Source: Planctomycetota bacterium (GTDB taxonomy: Bacteria; Planctomycetota; MHYJ01; JACQXL01). From it: 64,000 nt of DNA. The notes under the pieces were generated by a model. That model was not told where the DNA came from and did not search any database. It saw only the letters and a program-made list of their open reading frames with translations. Shown here one piece after another: positions 1 to 9,587 of the stretch. Numbering within the stretch: the stretch's first letter is position 1; each line of letters starts with the position of its first letter. The translations under genes and the position numbers were made by a program. The DNA lies in assembly GCA_043801445.1 (NCBI GenBank), contig JAZDMB010000012.1, positions 714 through 64,713 of the forward strand, written 5' to 3'.

Positions 1-1
1 A

Positions 2-1105
2 GAAGACGGTTCTGTTATAAAAGGAATCGGTTTTGGTGCCCAAAAAACTGTTTTCGGGGAACTCGTTTTCAATACGGGAATGACCGGCTACCAGGAAAAC
101 CTTACCGACCCATCTTATAAAGGTCAAATCCTCCTGATGACCTATCCTTTGATTGGTAATTACGGCTGTGCCACTGATTCATCAACTTATCTATGGCAAT
201 CGGATAAAATCCAAGCTGAAGGTTTTGCAGTTTCAGAATATTGTCAAATCCCCTATCAATATAATAATAATGATTCAACTATAGATGAATTCTTAAAGAC
301 GCAGGGAATTCCCGGTATCAGTAATATTGATACCCGTGAATTAACAATGAAAATCAGGAAACACGGCACAATAAAATCTATTCTCGCTGTCTGCGAAACC
401 GAAGAATCTATTGATATAAATAAATTACTTAATGAAGTGCGTACCAAACCGTCTCCTGACACGACGAATTTGGTAGCTGAAGTCACATCATTAAAACCCA
501 TAGTAAAATTACCTGATGCTAAAAGGAATGGAAGATTAAAAATAGCACTCATTGACTGTGGGGTGAAAAGAAGTATCATCAGGGAATTATTGAAACGCAA
601 TTGCGAGGTTTATTGTTTCCCTTATAATGTAAACGCTACGGAAATAGAATCCTTAAAACCCAATGGTGTCATAATTTCTAATGGTCCGGGCGACCCTGCT
701 CATCCTGATATTAAGAGATTCACAGTTAATACTATAAAAAAGATAATAACCAAATACCCTGTCTGGGGCATTTGTTTAGGGCATCAGATTCTAAGTCTTG
801 TCTTCGGTGCCAGGACATACAAACTTAAATTCGGACATCGCGGGGTAAACCAGCCCGTTAAGAATCTGCAGACTAATAAATTATATGTTACTTCCCAGAA
901 CCACGGGTTTGCGGTTGCGGCTGAATCCTGTCCGCCGGAAATAGAAATTACCGAGATTAATATTAACGATAGAACAGTAGAAGCAATGCGCCACCGGACT
1001 CTTCCTGTTTATTCGGTTCAGTATCATCCTGAAGCGTCACCAGGTCCACACGATAGCAATAACTTCTTTGATAAATTCTTGGAGGAAGTAAAAAGTAGAC
1101 ACTAA
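2..1105 (+). CDS. carA: carbamoyl-phosphate synthase small (glutaminase) subunit, 5' end cut by window edge
   Basis: Frame is open from nt 2 (EDGSVIKGIGFGAQKTVFGELVFNTGMTGYQE...), so the listed ATG at 80 is internal. Amidotransferase motifs GICLGHQ and QYHPEASPGPHD are present. Lies immediately upstream of carB. Confidence 0.95.
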   Translation, partial: EDGSVIKGIGFGAQKTVFGELVFNTGMTGYQENLTDPSYKGQILLMTYPLIGNYGCATDSSTYLWQSDKIQAEGFAVSEYCQIPYQYNNNDSTIDEFLKTQGIPGISNIDTRELTMKIRKHGTIKSILAVCETEESIDINKLLNEVRTKPSPDTTNLVAEVTSLKPIVKLPDAKRNGRLKIALIDCGVKRSIIRELLKRNCEVYCFPYNVNATEIESLKPNGVIISNGPGDPAHPDIKRFTVNTIKKIITKYPVWGICLGHQILSLVFGARTYKLKFGHRGVNQPVKNLQTNKLYVTSQNHGFAVAAESCPPEIEITEININDRTVEAMRHRTLPVYSVQYHPEASPGPHDSNNFFDKFLEEVKSRH

Positions 1106-1143
1106 ACAGTATGCCAGAATATCAGAAGATAATAAGAAAAAGG

Positions 1144-1241
1144 AACACGAATAGCACGAATGGAAACGAATAATACGAATACTACCAGTTTTATAAGGGT
1201 TTTAATTCGTGTAATTCGCCTTTATTCGTGTGATTCGTGTT
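1144..1241. repeat. CACGAAT-word long hairpin element (empty)
   Basis: The left arm AACACGAATAGCACGAATGGAAACGAATAATACGAAT faces the right arm ATTCGTGTAATTCGCCTTTATTCGTGTGATTCGTGTT. Lies between carA and carB. Confidence 0.85.
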
Positions 1242-1253
1242 TATTAACATCCA

Positions 1254-4200
1254 ATGCCTAAAAGAAAAGACATAAATAAAGTAATGATTATCGGCGCGGG
1301 CCCGATTATTATCGGTCAAGCCGCTGAATTTGATTATTCAGGTTCGCAAGCCTGCCGTTCCTTAAGGGATGAAGGATGCTGGGTTATCCTGCTCAATTCC
1401 AACCCCGCCACCATTCAAACCGATTTGGAAATGGCTGACCGAATCTATATCGAACCTCTTACCGTTGATACCATAGAAAAGATTATTGCCGCAGAAAAAC
1501 CTGATGGAATACTTGCCGGAATGGGCGGGCAAACGGCTTTGAACCTATGCTCTGAATTATCCGAAAAAGGAATTCTCAATAAATATAATATCCAACTGTT
1601 AGGAACTTCAGTTAAAGCCATAGCACTGGCTGAAGACCGTGAACTTTTCCGTTCATTAATGAATAAACTTAATGAACCTATACCCAAGAGTTTTTCCTGC
1701 AGTAGTTTTCCTGAAGTAAAAGAAGCGGTTAATAAAATAGGGAGCCTGCCGGTCATAATCAGGCCGGCTTATACTTTAGGCGGCACCGGAAGCGGTATTG
1801 CCCATAACGATGAAGAATTATCCGAGATTGTTAATAGAGGTTTGTCTTATTCCCGTATCAGACAGGTTTTGGTAGAAGAATGCGTTTCGGGATGGGCTGA
1901 ATTTGAATATGAAGTAATGCGTGATAGTGCTGATAATTGCGTCATTATCTGCAATATGGAAAATCTTGACCCGATGGGAATACATACCGGTGAAAGCATC
2001 GTGATTGCGCCGGCGCAGACCTTAAATGACCCTGAACACCAGAAACTACGCAATGCAAGTTTGAAAATCATTCGGGCGCTCGGCATAGAAGGCGGTTGCA
2101 ATATCCAGTTCGCCCTGAATCGTGCAACCGGTGATTATCGGATAATTGAGGTCAACCCACGTGTCTCCCGTTCTTCAGCACTTGCCTCTAAAGCCACCGG
2201 ATATCCTATTGCCAAAGTCTCTGCCAAGATAGCCATCGGTTTGACTCTTGATGAAATACCCAATCCGATTACCGGCAAAACATATGCCTTCTTTGAACCG
2301 GTATTGGATTATGTCGTTTTAAAAATACCTCGCTGGCCATTTGATAAATTCCGTATGGCTGATAAACGAATCGGTACCCAAATGAAATCCACCGGTGAAG
2401 TAATGGCTATAGGCAGGAATATCGAAGAATCTTTATTCAAAGCGATTCGCAGCCTTGACACGCACCAGATTGCATTTGAGCCGCCCCAGAACAGTTCACC
2501 TGCAGGCATAGTCAGCGAATTGGTTGAACCATCTGATATGCGACTCTATGCCATTGCCGAGGCATTCTGGCAGGGTTACCACCTCACCACCATCGCTGAC
2601 CTGACCAAGTGGAACCCGTTCTTCCTGCAGAAGATAAAGAATATCATGGACTTGGAAAGAAATATCCGCAAGTATTCATTGGAGACTATTGATAAAGAGA
2701 CGCTGATTAAAGCCAAGCAGATGGGATTCTCAGATGAATACCTCGCCCATATCCTATCGGAAGAGACTTATTCAGGACAACCCTGCGCCAAAGACAGACC
2801 CCGACAGAATTCGTCGGGACAAAATGATCCGTTGGGTCAGACACCTGCTGAAAAAGTCAGGCAAAAAGTTCAAGAATGCGGTATCAAAGTAGACTACAAG
2901 ATGGTAGATACCTGCGCCGCTGAATTTGAGGCAAAAACACCGTATTACTATTCCACTTATACCACCGGGACGGCTAAATCCGAACTCCGAACTCCAAACT
3001 CCCTGTCTCGCCAGCAGGCGGGCGCACTCGGCAAAGTCCTTGTCATCGGCTCAGGCCCGATTCGTATCGGTCAGGGCATAGAATTTGATTATGCCAGTGT
3101 TCAGGGAGCTATGGCGATTCGGCAACACGGATTTGAAGCAATTATGGTCAATAACAACCCAGAGACCGTCTCAACTGATTACGATATCTCTGACCGACTC
3201 TATTTTGAGCCAATCACCTTTGAGGATGTGATGAATATAATTGAAGCGGAAAACCCGGACGGAATAATAATCCAGTTCGGAGGCCAGACCGCAATCAATC
3301 TGGCTATTCCACTGCAAAAGGCGATTGCCAGGAACAAGAATCTCAAGACCAAATTCCTCGGGACACAACCAGAATTCGTGGATATGGCATCTGACCGCGA
3401 GAAGTTTGACGCACTCCTTTCACGGCTTAATATCAAACGTCCGCAGGGCAGCACCGGATTCTCCTTCGAAGAAGTCAGGGAAAAATCAGCCCGAATCGGC
3501 TATCCGGTTTTGGTGCGTCCCAGTTATGTCCTCGGCGGTAAGGGTATGGAAATCGTCCATAATGAAAAAGAGTTGGAATTCTATATCACATCCGCTATCA
3601 AAGTCTCCAACGAACATCCTGTGCTCGTGGACAAATATCTCAATAACGCCATTGAAATAGACGTTGATGCCGTTTCTGACGGCAAATCGGTATTCATTGC
3701 CGGCATTATGGAGCATATCGAAGAAGCCGGAGTTCATTCAGGCGATGCCATCTGTGTTATACCTCCGCAAACACTCTCGAAAAATATCATGAAAGAGATA
3801 AGACGGGTTACCAGAGAAATAACATTGGCGCTGAATTGCATCGGCCTGATTAATATCCAGCTTGCTGTCAAGGATGACGAGGTTTATATCATTGAAGCCA
3901 ATCCCCGGGCCAGCCGCACAGTCCCTTATGTTTCGAAAAGTATCGGGATACCGATTGCCAAGATTGCCACCGCCTTGATGCTCTCGCCCCTGATGAAAAA
4001 ACCGGTTAGTCTTTCTGATTTCGGACTACCGGCATTAGACAAAGAACCTGATATTTCTCATATCTCTATCAAGGCGCCTGTCTTCCCTTTCCAGAAATTA
4101 GTCGGTGTCGACCCGATTTTAGGACCCGAGATGAAATCCACCGGTGAAGTAATGGGAATTGCCGATACCTTTGCCGAAGCATATTATAAAGCGGCTCTGG

Positions 4201-4751
4201 CTTCAGGCAATACATTGCCTATAGAAGGAAGTGTCTATATTACGGTGCGTAATGAAGACAAAGATAATATTATTCCAATTGCCCGTAAATTAATTGAAAG
4301 CGGCTTGACAATCAGAGCAACTGCAGGCACAGCCAAGTATCTTTCAATTAATCAGATTCCGGTTGAAACTATTTACCGTATCTCGGAAAGACAATCACCC
4401 AATGCCCTGAGTCTGATGCGTGAAGGTAAAATACGATTAATAATTAACACCCCGACCGAAGGCTCAGGTCCGCGCCGGGATGGCTATCGGATGAGACGGT
4501 TAGCCATTGAATTAGGCATACCATTTATCAGCAACATTGCAGCTGCCCGCGCCGCCGTATCGGCTATCAAACTTATTAAATCGCAGAAAAATAAAACCCT
4601 GTCTGTCAAGGCATTGAATGATTACTTCCCCGCCGGAGGCGGGTCTGCCTCCCCGGCCTCGCCGAGGCGAAGCCGAGGGCGGGCAGGCACAGGTCCCGAT
4701 GGGCTATCCAAGAGGCGACAACGGGATCCCGACAGACTTTGTCGGGAGTAG
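1254..4751 (+). CDS. carB: carbamoyl-phosphate synthase large subunit, with GC-rich in-frame insertions and a GC-rich C-terminal tail
   Basis: Two ATP-grasp halves (GAGPIIIGQAAEFDYSG..., GSGPIRIGQGIEFDY...), NPRVSRSSALASKATG and NPRASRTVPYVSK motifs, and an MGS-like C-terminal domain. About 90 aa longer than typical CarB because of the insertions at ~2763-2845 and ~2965-3030 and the tail from ~4626. Confidence 0.97.
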   Translation: MPKRKDINKVMIIGAGPIIIGQAAEFDYSGSQACRSLRDEGCWVILLNSNPATIQTDLEMADRIYIEPLTVDTIEKIIAAEKPDGILAGMGGQTALNLCSELSEKGILNKYNIQLLGTSVKAIALAEDRELFRSLMNKLNEPIPKSFSCSSFPEVKEAVNKIGSLPVIIRPAYTLGGTGSGIAHNDEELSEIVNRGLSYSRIRQVLVEECVSGWAEFEYEVMRDSADNCVIICNMENLDPMGIHTGESIVIAPAQTLNDPEHQKLRNASLKIIRALGIEGGCNIQFALNRATGDYRIIEVNPRVSRSSALASKATGYPIAKVSAKIAIGLTLDEIPNPITGKTYAFFEPVLDYVVLKIPRWPFDKFRMADKRIGTQMKSTGEVMAIGRNIEESLFKAIRSLDTHQIAFEPPQNSSPAGIVSELVEPSDMRLYAIAEAFWQGYHLTTIADLTKWNPFFLQKIKNIMDLERNIRKYSLETIDKETLIKAKQMGFSDEYLAHILSEETYSGQPCAKDRPRQNSSGQNDPLGQTPAEKVRQKVQECGIKVDYKMVDTCAAEFEAKTPYYYSTYTTGTAKSELRTPNSLSRQQAGALGKVLVIGSGPIRIGQGIEFDYASVQGAMAIRQHGFEAIMVNNNPETVSTDYDISDRLYFEPITFEDVMNIIEAENPDGIIIQFGGQTAINLAIPLQKAIARNKNLKTKFLGTQPEFVDMASDREKFDALLSRLNIKRPQGSTGFSFEEVREKSARIGYPVLVRPSYVLGGKGMEIVHNEKELEFYITSAIKVSNEHPVLVDKYLNNAIEIDVDAVSDGKSVFIAGIMEHIEEAGVHSGDAICVIPPQTLSKNIMKEIRRVTREITLALNCIGLINIQLAVKDDEVYIIEANPRASRTVPYVSKSIGIPIAKIATALMLSPLMKKPVSLSDFGLPALDKEPDISHISIKAPVFPFQKLVGVDPILGPEMKSTGEVMGIADTFAEAYYKAALASGNTLPIEGSVYITVRNEDKDNIIPIARKLIESGLTIRATAGTAKYLSINQIPVETIYRISERQSPNALSLMREGKIRLIINTPTEGSGPRRDGYRMRRLAIELGIPFISNIAAARAAVSAIKLIKSQKNKTLSVKALNDYFPAGGGSASPASPRRSRGRAGTGPDGLSKRRQRDPDRLCRE

Positions 4752-4772
4752 CAAGAAAAAGACTGCATCCGA
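4626..4772 (+). repeat. GC-rich ~62-bp element (expanded by nested insertions) forming the carB 3' tail
   Basis: CTTCCCCGCCGGAGGCGGGTCTGCCT...GGCACAGG...AGCAAGAAAAAGACTGCATCCGAC. The ends match the compact copy at 30212-30273. Confidence 0.8.
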
Positions 4773-4954
4773 CCTATTCCACCTACCCGAATCCAACCCG
4801 ACAAATCTGTTCAAACGGTGATTTAATCTGTGACTGAAAATAATATATAAATAACTTGACAATATTTAATAGGCTGGTAGTCTGCCTCATTAGATATAAA
4901 GATAAGAAATTATTATTCTATTAACTTTAAAATTATAAGAAAGGAAATATAAGT

Positions 4955-7900
4955 ATGAAAAAGATATTATCGCTAAAAGCAAACATCACCAAAAGCGGGG
5001 TGTTAAAGGTCATCATTGGTATATTGTTTATTGGTTGTCTTACTATCTTTACTACCGAAATAACCTATGGGAGTAACTTAACCTTTAATGCTGTTAGGTT
5101 ACCACCGACCTGCATCACTCATCCTGCTACCAATATAAATTCTAATTCAGCTAAATTAAATGGCATGGTCAATCCTAATGGTTCTATCACTACGGCTTAT
5201 TTCCAGTGGGGTATGACTGCTTCATATGGGAATACCACAACTTCACAGTCCATCGGTAACGGGACAAATCATGTCCCGGTTAATACAGATATAAGCGGAT
5301 TATCAGCTAGTACCAGATATAACTTCAGAATTGTTGGAATCAATGCTAATGGAACAAGATATGGTAATAATCTGACCTTTACTACCAGAGGACTACCACC
5401 GACCTGCACTACTAATCCTGCTACAAATGTTACTCATTACTCAGCTAAATTAAATGGTTCTGTTAATTCTAATGGCATTGCTACACTTGCCTATTTCAAT
5501 TACGGCAAAACTATGTCATATGGTATCAATGCCGGTTATCAATTCATCTTTGGCACGACTCCTGTCAATGTTTCTGCTGCCATAAACGGATTATCATTTA
5601 ATACACTATATAATTTCCGGTTGGTTGGGACCAATTCTGCCGGAACAACATATGGGAATAATCTGACCTTTACTACTACTGGAATACCACCGACCTGCAT
5701 CACTACTCCTGCTACCAATATCACTTATAACTCAGCTAAATTAAACGGCATGGTCAATCCCAGGGATTCTATTACCACGACTTATTTTCAATGGGGTACG
5801 ACTGCTTCGTATGGGAATGCCACATCTTCACAGTCCATCGGTAGCGGGACAAGTTATGTTGCGGTTACGGCTAATATAAACGGATTATCAGCCAGCACAC
5901 GGTATAACTTCAGAGTGATTGGAACAAATACTAATGGAACAACCTATGGAAATAATCTGCCCTTTATTACTGCCGGACTACCACCGACCTGCACCACTAA
6001 TCCTGCTACAAATATTACTCATAACTCAGCTAAATTAAATGGTTCTGTCAATCCTAATGGTCCTTTCGCAATTGTCTATTTCAATTACGGTAAAACTATG
6101 TTATATGGCATCAATGCCGGTTATCAATTCATCTTTGGCAGAACTCCTGTCAATGTATCTGCTGCCATAGCAGGATTATCATTAAATACATTATATAATT
6201 TCAGGGTGGTCGGAATCAATGCTAATGGAATAACATATGGGAATAATCTGACCTTTACTACTCATGGAATACCACCAACATGCACTACTTATGCGGCTGA
6301 TAATATTACTTATAATTCAGCCAGATTAAATGGCAGGGTCAATCCTAAGGGTTCTATCACCACGGCTTATTTTCAGTGGGGGACAACTGCTTCATATGGG
6401 AATACCACAGCTTCACAGTCCATAGACAGCGGGACAAGTTATGTTCCGGTGCAGGGAGATATAAGCGGATTATCAGGAACTACACTATATAATTTCAGGG
6501 TGGTGGCAATCAATTCAGGAGGCACGACTAATGGAAATAATCTAACATTTACCACCGCAGTCCCACCACCAAATGCACCAACTAATTTAATCGCGACAAC
6601 AATGTCCAACAATTGCATACATCTTCAATGGACTGACAATTCAGATAACGAACAGGGATTTATAATAGAGCGTATAAATGAGTTAGAAACTGAAACAACA
6701 TGGGAATGGACTGACTATATGCAGGTTGCTGTAGTTGGTCCGAATATCATCTCATATTCTGATTGTAACCTTATATCAGGAGCCTACTATGGATATCGGG
6801 TTAAGGCATATAATGTTAATGGTCATAGTGAATATTCTAATGAGAGTTTTGTTGCTACACTACCTGTTGCGCCGATAAATCTTACCGCAACAACTGTTTC
6901 TTACAAACAAATAGACCTCAAGTGGGTTAATGTATGTAACAACTATAATGTTGGGGTTGGAATAGAACGCTCCACTGATGGAATAAACTATGAAGGTATT
7001 GGAGGATGTACTGCCGGTTTATCTGAGTTTAGTGATACTACTCTTCAACCAAATACCACTTACTATTATAGGGTTACAGCAGTTAATCGTGCTGGTCTAA
7101 GTCAGGATTTCGCTACCACATCAGTAACAACATTACCTCTTACAATTGCATATGCTATTTCAAATGTTAACAATTTATATCAAGCGAACTTGATTACAGA
7201 TGCAGCACTTTATACTTTCCTCATTGTGAACCTTAACGATGCTCAGAACTTCTATAATATTGGCGATATGGGTACAGCAATTGCTATATTGGAAATGGTA
7301 CAGAATCACATATGGCCAGCATTGGGTCAAGGAATTGACCAACAATCTGGCGAGGGACTCTATGACTATGTAGGCGATTTAATTTATTCAACTATGTCAG
7401 CCGCTGGTGAGACGCCTCAAACCACACATAAGAAAGCAATAGATAATGCAGCCAAAGATGCCAATAATAAAATAGACCAAAATGAAAGTTTGACCGACAG
7501 TCAAAAAGCAACACTTAAGCAGAAGATAGAGGAGATTAGCAGAACCGGCAAGGCTCTTATTAATATATATACACCAATGTCACCCCATCTCAATTCGGTC
7601 ATGGATACGATAGGTGAATGGACTATAAATAGAATGTCTCAGGCAGTTAGTAGGACGGATACCTGTCCTGAAGGATACTCTTGTGATGTTGAAATCAGTA
7701 GTATAGATGGTCAGAAACATGTTCCAGATCCAATTACTGGGACAATTGAACTCTCTAAAAAAGACTGGAAGTACACAGGCTCTATTGGTTTCAAGGCTAA
7801 AGGACCTGCCGGCAGTTCAATCGCAGGGACTTTCAATGTACAGCATTCACATCCTCCTCCGGCTACATTTAGATTTTATGATCCAGAACCACCGCACCGG

Positions 7901-8077
7901 ATAAGAACTGGACTTGTTGATAAAGACAAATCGAACTCGGGGATAAGCGATTTGGTACTAACTGACTTCTCATTAGGAGAAGTATGTAATTTAATTTATA
8001 TTAAGTTTGAGATTACAGATGCAGAAACAAAAAAACCAATATGCGGTAAAAAGATTATGATACATCTTGCAGAATAA
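4955..8077 (+). CDS. large secreted/cell-surface repeat protein (5 tandem ~97-aa repeats, 2 fibronectin-III-like domains, unique C-terminal region)
   Basis: N-terminal hydrophobic anchor/signal (VLKVIIGILFIGCLTIFTT). Five 'PPTC..PATN(I/V)...AKLNG.VNPNG...Y(F)(Q/N)(W/Y)G...YNFR.VG.N..G..YGNNLTFTT' repeats. Two 'P.AP.NL.AT......I.L.W.D.S.NE.GF.IER' Fn3-like units. SD-like AAAGGAAA upstream. Confidence 0.85.
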   Translation: MKKILSLKANITKSGVLKVIIGILFIGCLTIFTTEITYGSNLTFNAVRLPPTCITHPATNINSNSAKLNGMVNPNGSITTAYFQWGMTASYGNTTTSQSIGNGTNHVPVNTDISGLSASTRYNFRIVGINANGTRYGNNLTFTTRGLPPTCTTNPATNVTHYSAKLNGSVNSNGIATLAYFNYGKTMSYGINAGYQFIFGTTPVNVSAAINGLSFNTLYNFRLVGTNSAGTTYGNNLTFTTTGIPPTCITTPATNITYNSAKLNGMVNPRDSITTTYFQWGTTASYGNATSSQSIGSGTSYVAVTANINGLSASTRYNFRVIGTNTNGTTYGNNLPFITAGLPPTCTTNPATNITHNSAKLNGSVNPNGPFAIVYFNYGKTMLYGINAGYQFIFGRTPVNVSAAIAGLSLNTLYNFRVVGINANGITYGNNLTFTTHGIPPTCTTYAADNITYNSARLNGRVNPKGSITTAYFQWGTTASYGNTTASQSIDSGTSYVPVQGDISGLSGTTLYNFRVVAINSGGTTNGNNLTFTTAVPPPNAPTNLIATTMSNNCIHLQWTDNSDNEQGFIIERINELETETTWEWTDYMQVAVVGPNIISYSDCNLISGAYYGYRVKAYNVNGHSEYSNESFVATLPVAPINLTATTVSYKQIDLKWVNVCNNYNVGVGIERSTDGINYEGIGGCTAGLSEFSDTTLQPNTTYYYRVTAVNRAGLSQDFATTSVTTLPLTIAYAISNVNNLYQANLITDAALYTFLIVNLNDAQNFYNIGDMGTAIAILEMVQNHIWPALGQGIDQQSGEGLYDYVGDLIYSTMSAAGETPQTTHKKAIDNAAKDANNKIDQNESLTDSQKATLKQKIEEISRTGKALINIYTPMSPHLNSVMDTIGEWTINRMSQAVSRTDTCPEGYSCDVEISSIDGQKHVPDPITGTIELSKKDWKYTGSIGFKAKGPAGSSIAGTFNVQHSHPPPATFRFYDPEPPHRIRTGLVDKDKSNSGISDLVLTDFSLGEVCNLIYIKFEITDAETKKPICGKKIMIHLAE

Positions 8078-8138
8078 CCGACAAAACAATAATATCTTGG
8101 TTAATCTGGCTGTGAAATGGAATGAGGTAGAGGATGAG

Positions 8139-9491
8139 ATGAAGTCTTTTATTATCTTGTTTATTTTGATAATTTTTATAGCAGTGGCAGGCTATTTTAT
8201 TATCAAGTGTTATCATCCTGACTCTTTGATTTCGCCTCCTTTTGAGCAAGACAAACATACTATAGAAAAGCATGTTGCAGATAAGAGGGATTCTAATCAA
8301 ACCAATATCCCAAAAAACATTGTAATAACATCTGATTTATCTGACCGAACAACAGCATCTGGTTCATCCTGCAGTTATACTACGGCAAAAGATTCTACCT
8401 CTGTAGAAGATAATTACTTTGATGATCTTCCCACTCGGATCCGGCAGACTGTTCCCGCTTCCGAACGACCGGCAAAGATTAAAGAATGCATTCGCCGATT
8501 AAAGGAAGAAAAGGCAAAATCACCATCATTCATTGGGGCGTGTGTTACGATTGTTGCACTTGACGCTAAAGAAGCAATCCCTGAATTAATAAACCTTCTG
8601 GATGATGAAGGCAAATGCTATATGGCTATGGTAACCCTTGGCGGGCTCGGCGCTAGAGAAGCAATTCCTAAAATAATGAACCTTCTGGATGATGAACACG
8701 AAGGCCTTACAGCCCTGCAAACCCTTGTCCGGCTTGGCGCCAGAGAGGCAATTCCTAAAATAATGACTTTACTGAATGATAAATATGCGGAAATACGAGC
8801 GGCTGCTGCTCAAAGTCTCAGCACCCTCGGTGCCAAAGAAGCAATTCCTGAAATAATGAACCTGCTGAATGATGAAAGTGGTCAAGTGCGCCTGGTTGCC
8901 GCTTGTGTTCTCGGCGACCTCGGCGTCAAGGAAGTAACAATCCCTGAATTAATAAAACTGCTGAATGATAAAAGTATTTCAGTACGTCTGTCTGCCGCTT
9001 GTGCCCTCGGCGACCTCGGCGCCAAAGATGTAGCAATTCCTGAACTAATAAAACTGCTGAAAACAACTGGAGATATATCTTCCTCTTTGTACATATCCGC
9101 TGCTCGTGCGCTCGGTAGACTTAACGCCAGAGAAGCAATTCCTGAACTAATAAAACTACTGGGTGACGAACGTGGTGATGTACGCCGGGCAGCCGGTGAT
9201 GCACTCGGTCAACTTGATGACATAGAGCCAATCCTTGAATCAACAAATCAGCCGATAGATGATGATTCTTTGTGGGCGTATAAAATAGCATTATCTATTA
9301 ATCCCAAAGACGCCTCAGCTTATCTTAATATGGGGTGCATTTATGAGGGGAGGTTAGATAACCTTTCCAAGGCACTTTTCTACTATACCGAATATCTGGA
9401 ATTGGCGCCACCAGATGCATGTGAGCGTAAGGATGTGGAACGATGGATTAAGGACTACCACAAACACTTTAATCATTCTCGTTCTAAGTAA
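8139..9491 (+). CDS. membrane-anchored HEAT-repeat (PBS-lyase-like) protein with C-terminal TPR-like motif, paralog 1
   Basis: About 9 repeats of 'AKEAIPELI(K/N)LL(N/D)DE...VR..AA.ALG.LG'. N-terminal TM helix MKSFIILFILIIFIAVAGYFII. I prefer the ATG at 8139 (GAGGTAGAGGATGAG upstream) over the track's TTG at 8067, which overlaps the preceding gene. Confidence 0.85.
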   Translation: MKSFIILFILIIFIAVAGYFIIKCYHPDSLISPPFEQDKHTIEKHVADKRDSNQTNIPKNIVITSDLSDRTTASGSSCSYTTAKDSTSVEDNYFDDLPTRIRQTVPASERPAKIKECIRRLKEEKAKSPSFIGACVTIVALDAKEAIPELINLLDDEGKCYMAMVTLGGLGAREAIPKIMNLLDDEHEGLTALQTLVRLGAREAIPKIMTLLNDKYAEIRAAAAQSLSTLGAKEAIPEIMNLLNDESGQVRLVAACVLGDLGVKEVTIPELIKLLNDKSISVRLSAACALGDLGAKDVAIPELIKLLKTTGDISSSLYISAARALGRLNAREAIPELIKLLGDERGDVRRAAGDALGQLDDIEPILESTNQPIDDDSLWAYKIALSINPKDASAYLNMGCIYEGRLDNLSKALFYYTEYLELAPPDACERKDVERWIKDYHKHFNHSRSK

Positions 9492-9587
9492 ATGATATCG
9501 GCAATTCGAGTGAATTCGGGGGGCTCATCGCAATAACCTGCCCGACTGGACCCGGTCAGGCGGGCAGGAAAGTAAACGAGGTTGATT

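Noticed and set aside
4618-4821. ORFs 4618-4821(+) and 4622-4804(-) in the carB tail region
   Set aside because: These are GC-rich repeat sequence open in several frames. The region is explained by the expanded 62-bp element and the carB 3' extension.
8067-8138. Track start codons (TTG) at 8067 and 10634 for the HEAT-repeat genes
   Set aside because: They overlap the end of the preceding surface-protein gene or remnant and add 24 residues before an obvious signal-anchor that starts MKSFIIL. The internal ATGs at 8139 and 10706 have purine-rich SD-like sequence upstream.
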